Positions 26,509-41,122 of a stretch of 64,000 nucleotides of DNA are shown here, in pieces. The translations under genes were made by a program, and so were the position numbers. Origin of the DNA: Octopus vulgaris (lineage: Eukaryota). Positions within the stretch are counted from its first letter, which is position 1. Each line of letters opens with the position of its first letter. The stretch lies in the NCBI GenBank assembly GCA_951406725.2, contig OX597831.1:27962001-28026000 (forward strand), written 5' to 3'. Under the pieces are notes generated by a model. That model searched no databases. It saw nothing but the letters and a program-made list of their open reading frames with translations, and was not told the origin of the DNA.

Positions 26509-26759
26509 AAAGTAAGACCTTGTGTCGGTTTGTTCGACTAAACTCTTCAAGGCGGTGCCCCCAGCATGGCCGCAGCCCAATGACTTAAACAAGTAAAAAA
26601 TAAAAGAATTCAAAATATGACCTACCATCTCCTCTCAGTTCGTTCTACGGATTTGATTTAATGACTTAGTTGACGTCATTAAAAGTCTTGACCCAGATAA
26701 CGAATCTGGTCAACAAATAATACCTTTGATAGAAAGCAAAAACAAGACAACAATAGCAC

Positions 26760-27425
26760 AAACACTGACACCTCCAACACCACCAACACCACTACCACCT
26801 ACACTACTACAGCCACCACACCGACAACACCACCGAAAACAATAGCAACTACGCCACCTTCAACACTACAACACAACAAACATCAACATCACCGACACTA
26901 ACACCACCAGCAGTAACAGGTCCAATGACAATACTACTACCCACACTGCCACTAACATCTCTACCACCATCTATACCTGCAACGCGAAAGCTGCTACACT
27001 ACAACACCAACACCGATGCCAACACAACTACCTTCACCACCAACTATGCCACTACAAGCACCAACACCGCTACAAGCACCAACAACACCACCAGTAACAA
27101 CACTACCACCAATACCACTACCATCACCACCACCACCACCAATATCACCACCACCACCAATACCACCACCTCCAATTCCACTAACACCACTACCACCAAT
27201 ACCACCACCGCTAATATCACAACCACCAATACCACCACCACTAATATCACCACCACCAATACCACCACTACTACTACCACTATCACCACCACCACTACCA
27301 TCACCAATACCACCACCACCATCAATACCATTAATACTACTACCGCCACCATTACCAATACCATCGAGAACACCACGAATGACATCGCCACCATTCACAA
27401 TACCACTACCAACACCAACACCCAT
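26760..27425. repeat. (ACC/ACT/AAT)n low-complexity tract
   Basis: Trinucleotide-based repeat; similar tracts at 34330-34560 and 63085-63345. Confidence 0.9.
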
Positions 27426-27937
27426 ACCTCTTTACTGTGAACTAACAGGAAAAGAGACTCTTTGTGGTTGCCTGGCCTACTAGAAATAGCAGCCTAGTCT
27501 CCTTCAAATCACACTGCTGTCTTAGAAAGAAAGACGCATCGGATAATGTAATACTTGATATGCAAAGCGACAGGATGGTCATGGCTAAAACACCTTTGAT
27601 CAGAGATCTGATTAAACAAAGAAGCTAACCTAGGGCGAAACACCACCAGCAACAACAGTAACAACAACAAAAACAACAACACTATACCCAGGTACAATAA
27701 TGGGTACATTGTTTCATTTCACAACTTCACTCCCTCTCTTTTCTCTCTCTTTTTCTTTCTACTACTACTACTACTACTACTACTACGACTACTTCTGCTG
27801 CTGTTGCTACTACTGCTGCTGATGCTGATACATCTGCATTCTTCATTATATCTTCATCTTTTTCCAACGTCCAACACACACAAAAACATATTCTCTTCCT
27901 CCCCCTTTCCCTGTCTGTCTGTCTGTCTGTCTCTCTG

Positions 27938-27980
<43 letters not shown>

Positions 27981-28019
27981 CACACAGGCAGTCTTACATA
28001 TATATAAAAATAAATGCGC

Positions 28020-28252
28020 CCTTTTAAAGCCTAGCCAAGCTCATGGGCCCGGTTTCAATGGCGTATGTGCTCCCCAGCAGGACGGGACGCCAAGTCCATT
28101 GCAGCGTTACTCATTTTTGCCAGCTGAGTGGACTGGAGCAATGTGAAATGAAGTGTTTTGCTCAAGAACACAATGCGTCGCCCGGTCCAGGAACCGAAAC
28201 CACAATCTTACGATCATGATGTTGACACCCTAACCACTAAGCCACGCGCCTC
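28020..28252 (-). mobile_element. tRNA-derived SINE family C
   Basis: Minus: GGCGCGTGGCTTAGTGGTTAGGG..GGTTTCGGTTCC..TTCTTGAGCAAAACACTT..GCTCCAGTCCACTCAGCTG. Related copies or chimeras at 14330-14605, 21695-21945 and 53190-53410. Confidence 0.7.
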
Positions 28253-28803
28253 CACTCAGTCGCACATATATACATATATTCATATACAAACGGGCACGCA
28301 CACGCGCGCAACACTCATACATGCATACATACATAGTTAATATAAAAAACGGAGAAAAAAGACAAGGAAAAACAACAAAGCGAGGACGTGGTACATGCAA
28401 GTATCAATAAGACGCTCGGGGAAGGAAAGAAAAGGTGTTTTATGTTTCGAGCAAAGCTCTTCTTCGGAAACCAAGAGACAGAGGAAAGTCCAAAAGAGAA
28501 GGAAGACGGGGGGGGGGGGATGTCACCAACCATCTAAAGTGTATGCGTAAATGTCGAACGATGAGAATGACTATTCAATAGCACATTGCTGGATTGAATT
28601 TCTATATTTGTGTATTAAGGCTACCGTTGGTTTCATGTTAAGAAAATATCTTAATATAACAATTTTTCAAGCCGATCACGTGGAGGAATGGTGTTCGTGT
28701 CCATTTTTGATCGCACATATGTGTGTGTCTGAGTGCGTATGTTTGTATGTGTGTGTATCATAATAATAATAATAATAATAATAATGATAATAATAATAAT
28801 ATA

Positions 28804-28852
<49 letters not shown>

Positions 28853-30416
28853 GCCCTGATGCAGTACCAGGCAGTGGCTCTCATGGCTTCTGATCTTAAT
28901 TGATTGGAAGTGTTATCATGTACATTGTTTTGTTTTGGTATAAAAGACGGGCTACAACAAATATAGTCTGCTCAATACCACAGTTTTGCTTGTCAGTTGC
29001 TTGACATTAAGCAGTTGAGCATGTCCCTTAGTGGCTGACGATATGTGTATCTGTGATCACGAGAAGAAGTAGTGGGGGAGCATCATAGCCGTGTGTTGAA
29101 AGGAATTCTTAGAGGTTTGGATAATTCACCTTTGGAAACATGGGTGGTTCGTTCAACATCCTTGAACAATCCTTATTCAGGGACCTTTTCAGTGGGATGG
29201 GTTACTCGACCAGAAGAAAATTCTAACTGGGCCCCATTTGGAAGGTCATATGCTGTTTATCTTGATATGAAATCACTATGTCGCGCACATATGGTTGTGA
29301 TGCATGTGCCTAGTGAACCCTTATCAGACGGGTAGTCATGATGGGTATGCTGGGCTTCGTATATTTTACCCCAGTGTCACTTTGATGGCATGCACTGCTC
29401 TCTCACTCAATAATAACAATAGAGAGTATAGAGACTTGTACATCCACAAAACTTATATATAAATGTATAAAAGTTATATATAGTATTAAGCACACGTACA
29501 ACCATACATACATCTTCTCAAAGTGATCGAAACCGGTACCTACTCTGTTAAAAGTGTAAATACTGTCTTATTTACGGAGATTTATAGCAAGCGACGATAA
29601 TATTTTGACAAATTTAATTTAAATGTTGAGGTGAATCTAATGGTTTTTGTGTGTTTTCAAATGGCTTATAAACACCTTCCACGTTGCAATTTTTTTTTTT
29701 TACTGTCTTATTGTTTTCCATAAAATAGTTTTCAAACCAAATTCTTCTTTCATTTTCTCAATATAAGTTTATTCGTGTGACACTTCTAAAACCATTAAAA
29801 TATAATATATACGTACATACATACATACATATATACATGTGTGTGTGTGCGTGCGTACGTGCGTGTGTGATTTTATGTTCAGTTATAATAAAAACAAATT
29901 TCGTTGTATCTTGGGAGAGCCATTGTGCTAATAATACCACACGCCCAGGTCCAATTCCACTTCCGTATTAGTCAATTGTTTAAATATCTACCCAACTAAC
30001 TAATTGGTCGTTCGTTAACCTATTGGTTAAAATGTTTTTTGGGGGACGGGGGGGACGGGGGGGGATTATGTTCGTCAAAGTTTTTTTGCTGCTATTCGTA
30101 ATACAAAAGATTTGTTTCAACACAAGAATTCTGGAATTCACATTAAGAATCTTGCAAACCGGATACTATAACGAAATATACTAATAAAATTTTTTTTTTT
30201 TACATTAATCTGATGAGTTACACTACACTTTTGTAGAGTAGAAATTTATTATTCTTAAACAAGAATATCATTGACAGTGACTTCGAAGTTTCAGCCATTC
30301 AAGCCAACGTCGGACGATATACCTCTCTACCCTTTATTATGCTTTATTTCCTCTTGCCTTTTCTTAGCTTTAATTCCTCAAGAATGCGCTTATCTATTTT
30401 CGTACGTGTTAAATTG

Positions 30417-30456
<40 letters not shown>

Positions 30457-31199
30457 TCTGTGTGTGTGTGTGTGTGTGTTTGTTTGTTCCCCCAACATCG
30501 CTTGACAACCGATGCTGGGGTGTTTACGTCCCCGAAACTTGGCGGTTCGGCAAAAGAGACCGATAGAATAAGTACTAGGCATTCAAAGAATAAGTCCTGG
30601 GGTCGATTTGCATGACTAAAGGCGGTGCTCCATACTGGAGCACAGCCTTAAAGGATTTTAGACGAACAAATTAGCCCCAATATTGTTTTTTATTATGTCT
30701 AGTATTTGTTCTATCATTCTCTATTGCCGAACCGCTAGGCTACGGGGACGTTAACAAACCAACACATGTCTTCAGGCGGTGGGACGAGAAACTTAGACAT
30801 ACACACACACAAACACACACACATAAATACATACATGCGTACATACATACATACATACATACATACATACATACATACATACATACATACATACATACAT
30901 ACATACATACATACATACATACATACATACGTACGTACGCAAGTACGTACATGCATACATACATACATACATACATACATACATACATACATACATACAC
31001 ACATACATATGTACATAGTAGAAGATACTTGATCACGGTGCTGCACTGTGGGACTGAACCCTAAACCATGTGGTTGGAATGCGCGTTTCATAATCTCAAA
31101 GTTATGTCTGCGTCTATTGAGAAATTTAGAAATTTCATATCATATACTATCACATAACAACATAAAAGGTCAGAGCTAATCTCGAGTTATTGACACAGT

Positions 31200-31545
31200 A
31201 TGAAATGAAGGCCTGCAACATCAATATTAGCGGTTGGGAGGCAGTTGCCGGCAACCGTGGAGAATGGCGACGTACTGTAAAAGAGGGAATACAAAGGAGT
31301 GACAGAGAGAAAGAGGAGAAATGGAAAGAAAAGAAGAGACGTCAACAAGAGACTATGGCATTACAACCAGCCAGGAACAGTCTTCGCTACATTTGCGGTA
31401 CCTGCCAGAGGGAGTGTTTGTCCAGGATAGGACTACACAGCCACAGCAGGAAATGTATCAGGACATGAAATATAAAAGCTGGACTAGACTACTTTATGCG
31501 CAACTCCATTTTCTCCCGAGACAGAAAGGATGCCAACCAACCAAT
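31200..31545 (+). mobile_element. RTE LINE 3' end
   Basis: 'MKACNINISGWEAVAGNRGEWR..CGTCQRECLSRIGLHSHSRKC' zinc-finger tail plus 3' UTR ending ggatgccaaccaacc. Confidence 0.8.
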
Positions 31546-32280
31546 ATGAAATGTAATACATGAAACATTAGCGTATATAAAGAATCTGGATTGTAACATC
31601 AAAACAATATCTCTAGCTGAGCTCAATGATGTATCTTACAGATATTTACAGACGTTGAAAATAATAACATATCGTTGCTAAGCACAATGGTTTCACAAAA
31701 TCGGAAGTGTAATAAAATATCTTATTTCATGTTCAAATCAACCGAGGTCGACTATCTCTTTTATGTGCTAAAATCGATTAAATAAAGTCGCTTGTTCACT
31801 TGCCACTAAATTTGAGGTCCCGTGCCTTTGGTTCAAATTTGAATTAAGGTCATTAATGATACTGGGAGAAACACGGGGTAGGTAATTAAAAGACAGGCAC
31901 TGGTCCCTTCTCAAAGAACATTTAGTAAATTCAAAACTAAACGAGAACTGTTCCGAAATCTAATGCAGTTCAGTGACCCGGATGGCCATAAAACGAAGAA
32001 CAGACAAAACCTTTCTGAAATTCTTCATGTAAATCTTTACTGATATTGTTGTTCTCGTTGTTGTTGTTGTTGTAAAATTCCAGCGATAGTACTCTGCTTC
32101 GTGGCTGGAAACTAACCCCTTTTCTTCGAGAAGCATTCGAAGAATTAAAGCAAAATAAAGAACATACACATGAAAATACGCATACGCATCCACACACACA
32201 CACACACATCCATACATTCACACACATACGCACACACACGAACACACACATGCACTCACATATGTAAACACACACACATA

Positions 32281-32336
<56 letters not shown>

Positions 32337-32437
32337 CATATGTTTGTGCGTGTATACATATTAATACCTAACAGGAGCAACAATAAAAATATAAATATAT
32401 ACTCTTGTTTTGAGTTCTGTTTGCATTATTAAACATG

Positions 32438-32475
<38 letters not shown>

Positions 32476-32603
32476 GACACACATATATATGCATATCATG
32501 CATATATGTATGAACGTTAAAATGCATAAACACGTGGATACATACACATAGAACATTGACGTATATAAATATGTATAGATATGTATATATGCATGTATGT
32601 ATG

Positions 32604-32644
<41 letters not shown>

Positions 32645-32808
32645 GTATATGTATATAATACATATATATACACAAACACACACACAGATTGTATTGTCTA
32701 AATATATAGCGTATATTTCTCACATATCACATGTCTGACATATGCCCCTCCACGCACACTCACATTCGTACATACATACGTTCGTATATATACATACATA
32801 CATACATC

Positions 32809-32848
<40 letters not shown>

Positions 32849-32917
32849 CATATATATGTACATATATATATGCATACACACTCATCTATAAATACACACA
32901 CACACACACACACACAT

Positions 32918-32965
<48 letters not shown>

Positions 32966-33419
32966 GCACTATACAGTATATGTATATACACAATAAGTCA
33001 TACACAGAAGAGAAGACAAAGTCGAAAGTGTGTTGTGTTTACGTGTTTTAGTGGAATATCTGACCTGGGGGTCAGTTAGGGCTTCCGTCAGTGGGTGAGG
33101 GTTTGGGGGCAGGAGGTTCCAGTGGGGTGGTTCTAGCGATGGCGGAGTGTAGGGTGGTGCTGAAGTTATGGGGTGAATCTTATGTAGTATCTTCTCGACG
33201 ATGAGCAATTATTTTTACTGTAGCTAAATTTAGATTTTGACATATTTCGGTTGGTTGTGTTGGTGTCGTGAGTGGGCGGCGGGGGGGAGGGAGAGGATGG
33301 TTAGCGAAATTGTAGTGGTAGTGTGAGGTGGTACTGGTGATGGTGGTGGTAGTAGTATAGGGGATGGGTGGTAGTTTGGGGAAAGTGGTGCTATTATTGG
33401 GTAGGTAAAGGTGGTTGGG

Positions 33420-34210
33420 TAGAACGAGTGTGGCAACGTAGGGTAGATAGGGGTACTGTAGGCAGTAGGTGTAGGGTAGATAAGGGCAGTGGTGCAGTGT
33501 ACATAGGGTAGGCGGCCTAGGGAGATAGGGGTAGAACTTTAGAAGTATTTAGGGGTGGGGTGTAGAGAAATAGGGGTGGAGATGTGGCATAGGGTAAATA
33601 AGGGTAGTGGTAGAAAGGTAGATAGGGGTGGCGTTATAGAGAGATACAGGTTGTAGCGTAGGGGCTAGGGGTGGTGGTGTAGCGGTGGATAGGGGTGGCA
33701 GTGTAGAAAGATAGGTGTTGACATATAGATGTATATAGGAAGAGGTGTAAAGAGATAGGGGTGGTGACGTAGGGCAAATAGGGGTGGTTGTGTGGAGATA
33801 GGGATGGTAGTGTAGAGAGATAGATGTAGATGTGTAGAAGTATATAGGGGAGGAGGAGTAGAAAGATACGGATGGTGGAGTACAGGTAGATAGGGGTAGT
33901 GTTGTAGAGCGATAAGGGTGGTGGTGTAGCGCAAATAATGGTGGTGGTGTAGAGGTGGATAGGGGTAGTTGTGTAGAGAGATAGGAGCGGAGGTCTAGAG
34001 AGATAGGGGTGGCAGTGTAGAAAAATAGGGGACGTGTAGAAGTATATAGGGGTGGGAGTGTAGACAGATAGGGGTGGCGGTGTTGGACGGATAGAATAGA
34101 TAGGGTTTGATAGGGATGCTGGAGTAGAGGTAAATAAGTTAGAGTTAGATAGGGACGGTGATGTAGAAAGATAGGGGTTGTTGTGCAGGGTAGATAGGGG
34201 TAATTTTGTA
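33420..34210. repeat. Degenerate G-rich ~21-bp minisatellite (GTGTAGAGAGATAGGGGTG-like)
   Basis: Recurrent gatagggg and gtgtag words with strong strand asymmetry. Confidence 0.8.
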
Positions 34211-34353
34211 GAGTATGTTAATGACAAAGTTAATTAATTAATCTATTTATTAGCGTGAAATTTAAAATTTGTGATTCGACACAATTCTTCAGATTTCATT
34301 TCAGTTTTGCATATTGTGTCGACATTGTTGTGGTTGTGATTGTTGTTGTTGCT

Positions 34354-34391
<38 letters not shown>

Positions 34392-35651
34392 CTGATGATG
34401 ATGACGATGACGGTGGTGGTGGTGGTGGTGGTGGTGTTATTGCTGGTGGTGATGCTGATGCTGATGCTGGTGGTAATGATTTTGATGTCCGGTGATGATG
34501 ATGATGATAAGCAAGATGGTGATAGTTGTGGTAATGGTGGTGATGGTGTTGGTGGTTGTTCTGATGTGTAGATGTTCCGGTTTCAAATTTTAGCCAAATG
34601 ATACACTTTTAACAAAGGACACATCTTTTTTTAAACACACACGCATACACGGACACACATACATGCACACACGCGTGTGTACGTATGTGTGTTTGTGTTT
34701 GTTTGTGTGTGTGTGTGTTCGTGCGTGTGCGCAGATACAGAAGTACATTTATACATGAACTCTAGGTATGTATATATGTATGTATGTGGATGTGTATATA
34801 TACATATATGCATATACATACAAACATATATACATACATGCATACATACATGCATACATACATGTATACATACATGCATGCATACATACACACATACACA
34901 CACACATACATATACATACATACATTCATACACATACATACACACACGTACATACATGCATATATAATACATACATACACACATAATACATACATGCATA
35001 CATACACATACATACATTGATACACATACATACACACACACATAATACATACATGCATACATACATACATACATACATACATACATACATACATACATAC
35101 ATACATAGTGCGTTATTGTTACATCTACGTTTATTTTTTTTACACAATCCTCATCTTTGTGTTTTGGCAGAAGAAATTGTGTTAGGACATAACAATACAC
35201 GTGTTATGTACATAAACCTACATATGTATATATAAAGATTTCTGTATGTATGTATGTATGTATGTATGTATGTATGTATGTATGTATGTATGTATGTATG
35301 TATGCATGCATGTATGTATGTGTGTGTGTGTGTGTGTGTGCACGAGCGCGTGTGCTTTTCTATGTAAATATCTATATCTATATCTATCTATATATATATA
35401 AAGTGTTTGTTTATACTGCATACACGTAAATGTATGTATATGTTTTTATTACATGTGTATACACCAACATACATATAGATCCATACAAACATACACACAC
35501 ACACACAATTATGTATATATGTATATGTGTACACGAAACGTGCATATACGTTTTAATATATACATTCATAAACATACATATATACTTGTATAAATACATA
35601 TAATTATACATATATGCATGCATGTATGCATGTACGTGTATGCATGTATCT

Positions 35652-35735
<84 letters not shown>

Positions 35736-36231
35736 GAAATGAGGTACTCAGAAAATCGGATGGTTTATAATTACTGATATTTATTTGTATATTACATTTT
35801 TTATATATCATATAACTTAGATCATATATTAGCGCTTTCTCCCATTCTAGTGTGGTTTTCAAATATATATATATATATAGGTGTGGTATGAAGCTTGCTT
35901 CCCAACCACATGGTTCCAAGTGCAGTCCCACTGCGTTGCATCTTGGACAAGTGTCTTTTACTATAGCCTTGATCAGAACCAAAACTTGTGAAAACATTTG
36001 GTAGACGTAAACTGAAAAGAAAAAACCGTCGTATGAATGTATATATGCATGTGTCTATGAGTGTATATATAATCTGGAGTCAACAAAGAGTACAGCTGGA
36101 CGTTTATTTTTTAATCACTGCAATTGTTTCCACGCAACGTAGTTCTCCAGGGGTGCAGGTACTTGATTATGCAACTGTATCTCTACAGTATGAGATCTAG
36201 TTGTGTTTTGTCTGGTGATATGTAAATATTC

Positions 36232-36625
36232 TTTTCTACTTTAGGCACAAGGCCCGAAATTTTGGGCGAGGGGCCAGTCGATCGGATCGACCTCAGTACG
36301 CAATTGGTACTTCATTTATAGACCCCGAAAGGATGAAAGGCAAAGTCGACCACGGCGGAATTTGAACTCAGAACGTAGAGACAGGTGAAATACCTATTTC
36401 TTTACTACCCACAAGGGGCTAAACACAGAGGGGACAAACAAGGACAGACAAACGGATTTTGTCGATTACATCGACTCCAGTGCGTAACAGGTACTTAATT
36501 TATCGACCCCGAAAGGATGGAAGGCAAAGTCGACCTCGGCGGAATTTGAACTCAGAACGTAGCGGCAGACGAAATACTGCAAAGCATTTCGACCGGCGTG
36601 CTAACGTTTCTGCCAGCTCGCCACC
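36232..36625 (-). mobile_element. SINE family B, two tandem/nested copies
   Basis: Two consecutive family B cores. Confidence 0.8.
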
Positions 36626-36635
36626 TCGGTGATAT

Positions 36636-39600
36636 GAAAATTTTCCCCAAAAATTTTTTGAAAATTTTCACCGAAAATTTTACCCAAAAATTTTTCGAAA
36701 ATTTTCACCGAAAATGTTACCCGAAAATTTTTCGAAAATTGGCACCGCTGGCTTTCCATACTTTGTGATTTGGGCACCGCTGACTTTTCATACTTTGTGA
36801 TTTGGGCACCACTGGCCTTCCATACTTTGTGATTTGGGCACAGCTGGCCTTCCATACTTTGTGATTTTGGCACCGCAAATGTTATCCGACAATTTTCCGA
36901 ACATTTTACCCAAAAAGTTTTCGAAAATTTTCACCGAAAATTTTACCCAAAAATTTTGCGAAAATTACCGAAAATTTTACCCAAAACTTTTCCGAAATTT
37001 TTAACCAGAAAGTTTTCGAAAATTTTCATCGAAAACTTTACCCAAAATTTACCGAAAATTTCACCCAAAAAGTTTTCGAAAATTTTCCCCAAAAATTTTT
37101 CGAAAATTTTCTCCAAAAATTTTTCGAAGATGTTCACCGAAAATTTTAACAAAAATTTTTCGGAAATTTTCACCGAAAATGTTATCCGACAATTTTCCGA
37201 AAACTTTACCCAAAAAGTTTTCGAAAATTTTACCCAAAATTTTTCCGAAAATTTTACCCAAAAATTTTTCGAAAATTGGCACCACTGGCTTTCCATACTT
37301 TATGATTTGGGCACCGCTGGCTTTTCATACTTTGTGATTTGGGCACCACTGGCCTTCCATACTTTGTGATTTTGGCTTCGCTGGCCTTCCATACTTTGTT
37401 TTTTGGCACCGCAAATGTTATCCGACAATTTTCCAAAAATTTTACCCAAAAATTTTCGAATATTTTCACCCAAAATTTTACCCAAAAATTTTCCGAAAAT
37501 TTTAACCAGAAAGTTTTCGAAAATTTTCATCGAAAACTTTACCCAAAAATTTACCGAAAATTTTCACCCAAAAAGTTTTCGAAAATTTTCCCCAAAAACT
37601 TTTCGAAAATTTTCACCGAAAATTTTCTCCAAAAATTTTTCGATGTTCACCGAAAATTTTACCCAAAAATTTTTCGGAAATTTTCACCGAAAATATCTGA
37701 CAATTTTCCGAAAATTTTACCCAAAAAGTTTTCGAAAATTTTACCCAAAATTTTTCCGAAAATTTCACCCAAAAATTTCCGAATATTTTCACCGAAAATT
37801 TTACCCGAAAATTTTAACCAAAAAGTTTTCCGAAAATTTTACCCAAAATTTTTCCGAAAATTTCACCCAAAAGTTTCCGAATATTTTCACCGAAAATTTT
37901 ACCCGAAAATTTTAACCAAAAAGTTTTCCGAATATTTTCACCGAAAATTTTACCCAAAAATTTACCGAAAATTTCACCTAAAAAGTTTTCGAAAATTTTC
38001 ACCGAAAATTTTACCCAAAAATTTACCGAAAATTTCACCTAAAAAGTTTTCGAAAATTTTCACCGAAAATTTTACCCAAAAATTTTCAGAAAATTTTCCC
38101 CAAAAATTTGTTGAAAATTTCACCCAAAAATTTTCAGCGAAATTTTTAAAAACTTTTTCGAAAATTTTCACCGAAAACTTTCCCTAAAAAATTTTCGACA
38201 AATTTTTGGGGAAAATTTTCGAAAACTTTTTGGGTGAAATTTTCGAAAAATTTATGGAAAAAATTTTTGGGTAAAATTTCACCTAAAAAGTGTTCGAAAA
38301 TTTTCACTGAAAATTTTCCCAAAAATTTTACGAAAATTTTTACCGAAAATTTTACCCAAAAATTTCCCGAAAATTTCAACTAAAAATTTTACCCAAAAAT
38401 TCTTCGAAAATTTTCACCGAAAATGTTACCCGAAAATTTTTCGAAAATTGGCACCGCTGGCTTTCCATACTTTGTGATTTGGGCACCGCTGGCTTTTCAT
38501 ACTTTGTTATTAGGGCACCACTGGCCTTCCATACTTTGTGATTTTGGCACCGCAAATGTTATCCGACAATTTTCCGAAAATTTTACCCAAAATGTTTTCG
38601 AAAATTTTCACCGAAAATTTTACCCAAAAATTTTCCGAATATTTTCACCCAAAAAGTTTACCCAAAAATTTTTCCAAAAATTTTCCCCCAAAATTTGTCG
38701 AAAATTTTCACCGAAAATTTTACCCAAAAATTTTCCGAATATTTTCACCTAAAATTTTACCCAAAAATTTTGCGAAAACTTTACCCAAAAATTTACCGAA
38801 AATTTTAACCTAAATAGTTTTCGAAAATTTTCACCGAAAATTTTACCCAAAAATTTTCCGAAAATTTTACCCCCAAATTTTCCAAGCATTTTCACCGAAA
38901 TCTTTCAAAAATTTTTCACAAATTTTCACTGAAAATTTTACTACAAAATTTTCCGAAAATCTTCACTGAAAATTTTCCCCAAAAATTTTCCGAATATTTT
39001 CACCGAAAATTTTACCCAAAAATTTGCGAAAATTTTCACAGAAAATTTTATGAAAATTTTCACCGAAAACTTTACCCAAAATTTCACCAAAAAGTTTTAC
39101 CCAAAAAGTTTTACCCAAAAATTTTTCCGAAAATTTTCCCCCAAAATTTGTCGAAAATTTTCACCGAAAACTTTTCACCCAAAAATTTACCGAAAATTTT
39201 AACCTAAAAAGTTTTCGAAAATTTTCACCGAAAATTTTACCCAAAAATTTTCCGAAAATTTTCGCCAAAAGTGTGTCGAAAATTTTAACCCAAAATTTTC
39301 CAAACATTTTCACCGAAATTTTTCAAAAATCTTTCGAAAATTTTCACTGAAAATTTTACTCCAAAATTTTCAGAAAATCTTCACTGAGAATTTTCCCCAT
39401 AAATTTTCCGAATATTTTCACCGAAAATTTTACCCAAAAATTTGCGAAAATTTTCACCGAAAATTTTACCCAAAAATTTTCCGAAAATTTTAACCAAAAA
39501 GTTTTCGAAAATTTTCACCGAAAACTTTACCCAAAAATTTTCAGAAAATTTTCCCCAAAATTTGTCGAAAATTTCACCCAAAAATTTTCACCGAAATTTT

Positions 39601-39938
39601 TCAAAATTTTTCGAAAATTTTCCCTAAAAATTTTCGACAAATTTTTGGGGAAAATTTTCGAAAACTTTTTGGGTGAAATTTTCGAAAAATTTATGGGAAA
39701 AATTTTTGGGTTAAATTTTCACTGAAAATTTTCCCCAAAAATTTGTCGAAAATTTCACCCAAAAATTTTCACCGAAATTTTTCAAAACTTTTTCGAAAAT
39801 TTTCACCGAAAATTTTCCCTAAAAAATTTTCGACAAATTTTTGGGGAAAATTTTCGAAAACTTTTTGGGTGAAATTTTCGAAAAATTTATGGGAAAAATT
39901 TTTGGGTAAAATTTCACCTAAAAAGTGTTCGAAAATTT
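36636..39938. repeat. 3.3-kb complex satellite of A4T4 tracts with embedded 32-bp GC-richer units
   Basis: Variants of ttttcgaaaa/ttttcaccgaaaa/ttttacccaaaaa; 32-bp unit ggcaccgctggctttccatactttgtgatttg in clusters at ~36741-36875, ~37278-37415 and ~38449-38555. Confidence 0.95.
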
Positions 39939-40743
39939 GGCTTCAAGAATAAATAACTATTTACACATGACAGATGCCCAAACAAAAACCTGAAAGTACC
40001 TATAATACTACTACTGGATAACACAGGGTGAAATCTGAAGGTGGACGAGCTTTATACTGTACTCTACTACGTTCATAACAGAATGTGTGTGTGTTTTCGA
40101 TTATCTTTGTGTATGCGTTTGTCTCCCACCACAGGTTGATAACCGATGTTGGTGTGTTTAGACCCTCGTAACTTAGCGGTCCGGCAAAAGAAATCAGTAG
40201 AATAAGTACTAGGCTTTAAAAAAAAGAAGACTAAGAATACTGGGACAAAATGTACTGAATCGATTCATTCGGCAAAAATTCTTCAAAAAGATAAATGCTA
40301 TACTTTTCCTGGGTTTTTCATCATTTAGAGTCTACGGCGGTGCTGGTGCATCGCATTTAGTGTGATCGGTCTTTATTTCAGGCCTTCTCTCTGAAATTGT
40401 TTCTGGTGATATAGAGAGTTGCACAAAGTCGCTCTCCTAGTGTTACCTTCCGCGATGAGGGGTCATCATGTACCTCAAATAAAAATTCACCTACATGTAC
40501 TTTACGCCTTACATATCTCTGGGGTAGTGTGCCAGAGTGTCGAAAAGTTGTGGGCCTTTGAAACATGGGTAGTTACAGCACCGTGACCTTACTCTTGATG
40601 GAGAGGACGGGATCTTTGGTACGATGCAGGGGCGTCGAGTTCGTTGGTTGGTACAGTTTTCAGTCCCAAAGTTGAGAGCTAAGCTTTTCAGAACCTTCAT
40701 ACGTATCTATCTATCTATCTTTCTATATATACACACACACACA

Positions 40744-40844
<101 letters not shown>

Positions 40845-41122
40845 TAGGGAATAAATTCAAACTTACAGGGAAAAATCAGATTTAGGATTGAATCCAATTT
40901 TATAGTAAAATATTATATTATATTAAATTAGAGATAAAACCACTATTAGGCAAATCAAACAATGAAAAACTTAAGCCAATACATAAAATTAATTAATTTA
41001 TATATATATCAAAAGTTTATTAAACTTTTTATATATATTTAAAATAATATAAATTAATTAATTCTATGTATTGGCTTAAGTTTTTCATCGTTTGATTTGC
41101 CTAATAGTGGTTTTATCTCTAA

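Noticed and set aside
26925-27483. Thr-rich (mucin-like), Pro-rich (extensin-like) and Gly-rich ORFs
   Set aside because: Products of an (ACC)n tract open in most frames; no splice or domain context.
37339-38187. 282-aa ORF and overlapping F/K/P-rich ORFs
   Set aside because: Translation of satellite DNA, open in several frames on both strands.
36741-38555. 32-bp direct repeats resembling a CRISPR array
   Set aside because: Units are contiguous with no unique spacers, there are no cas genes, and the context is a eukaryotic satellite.
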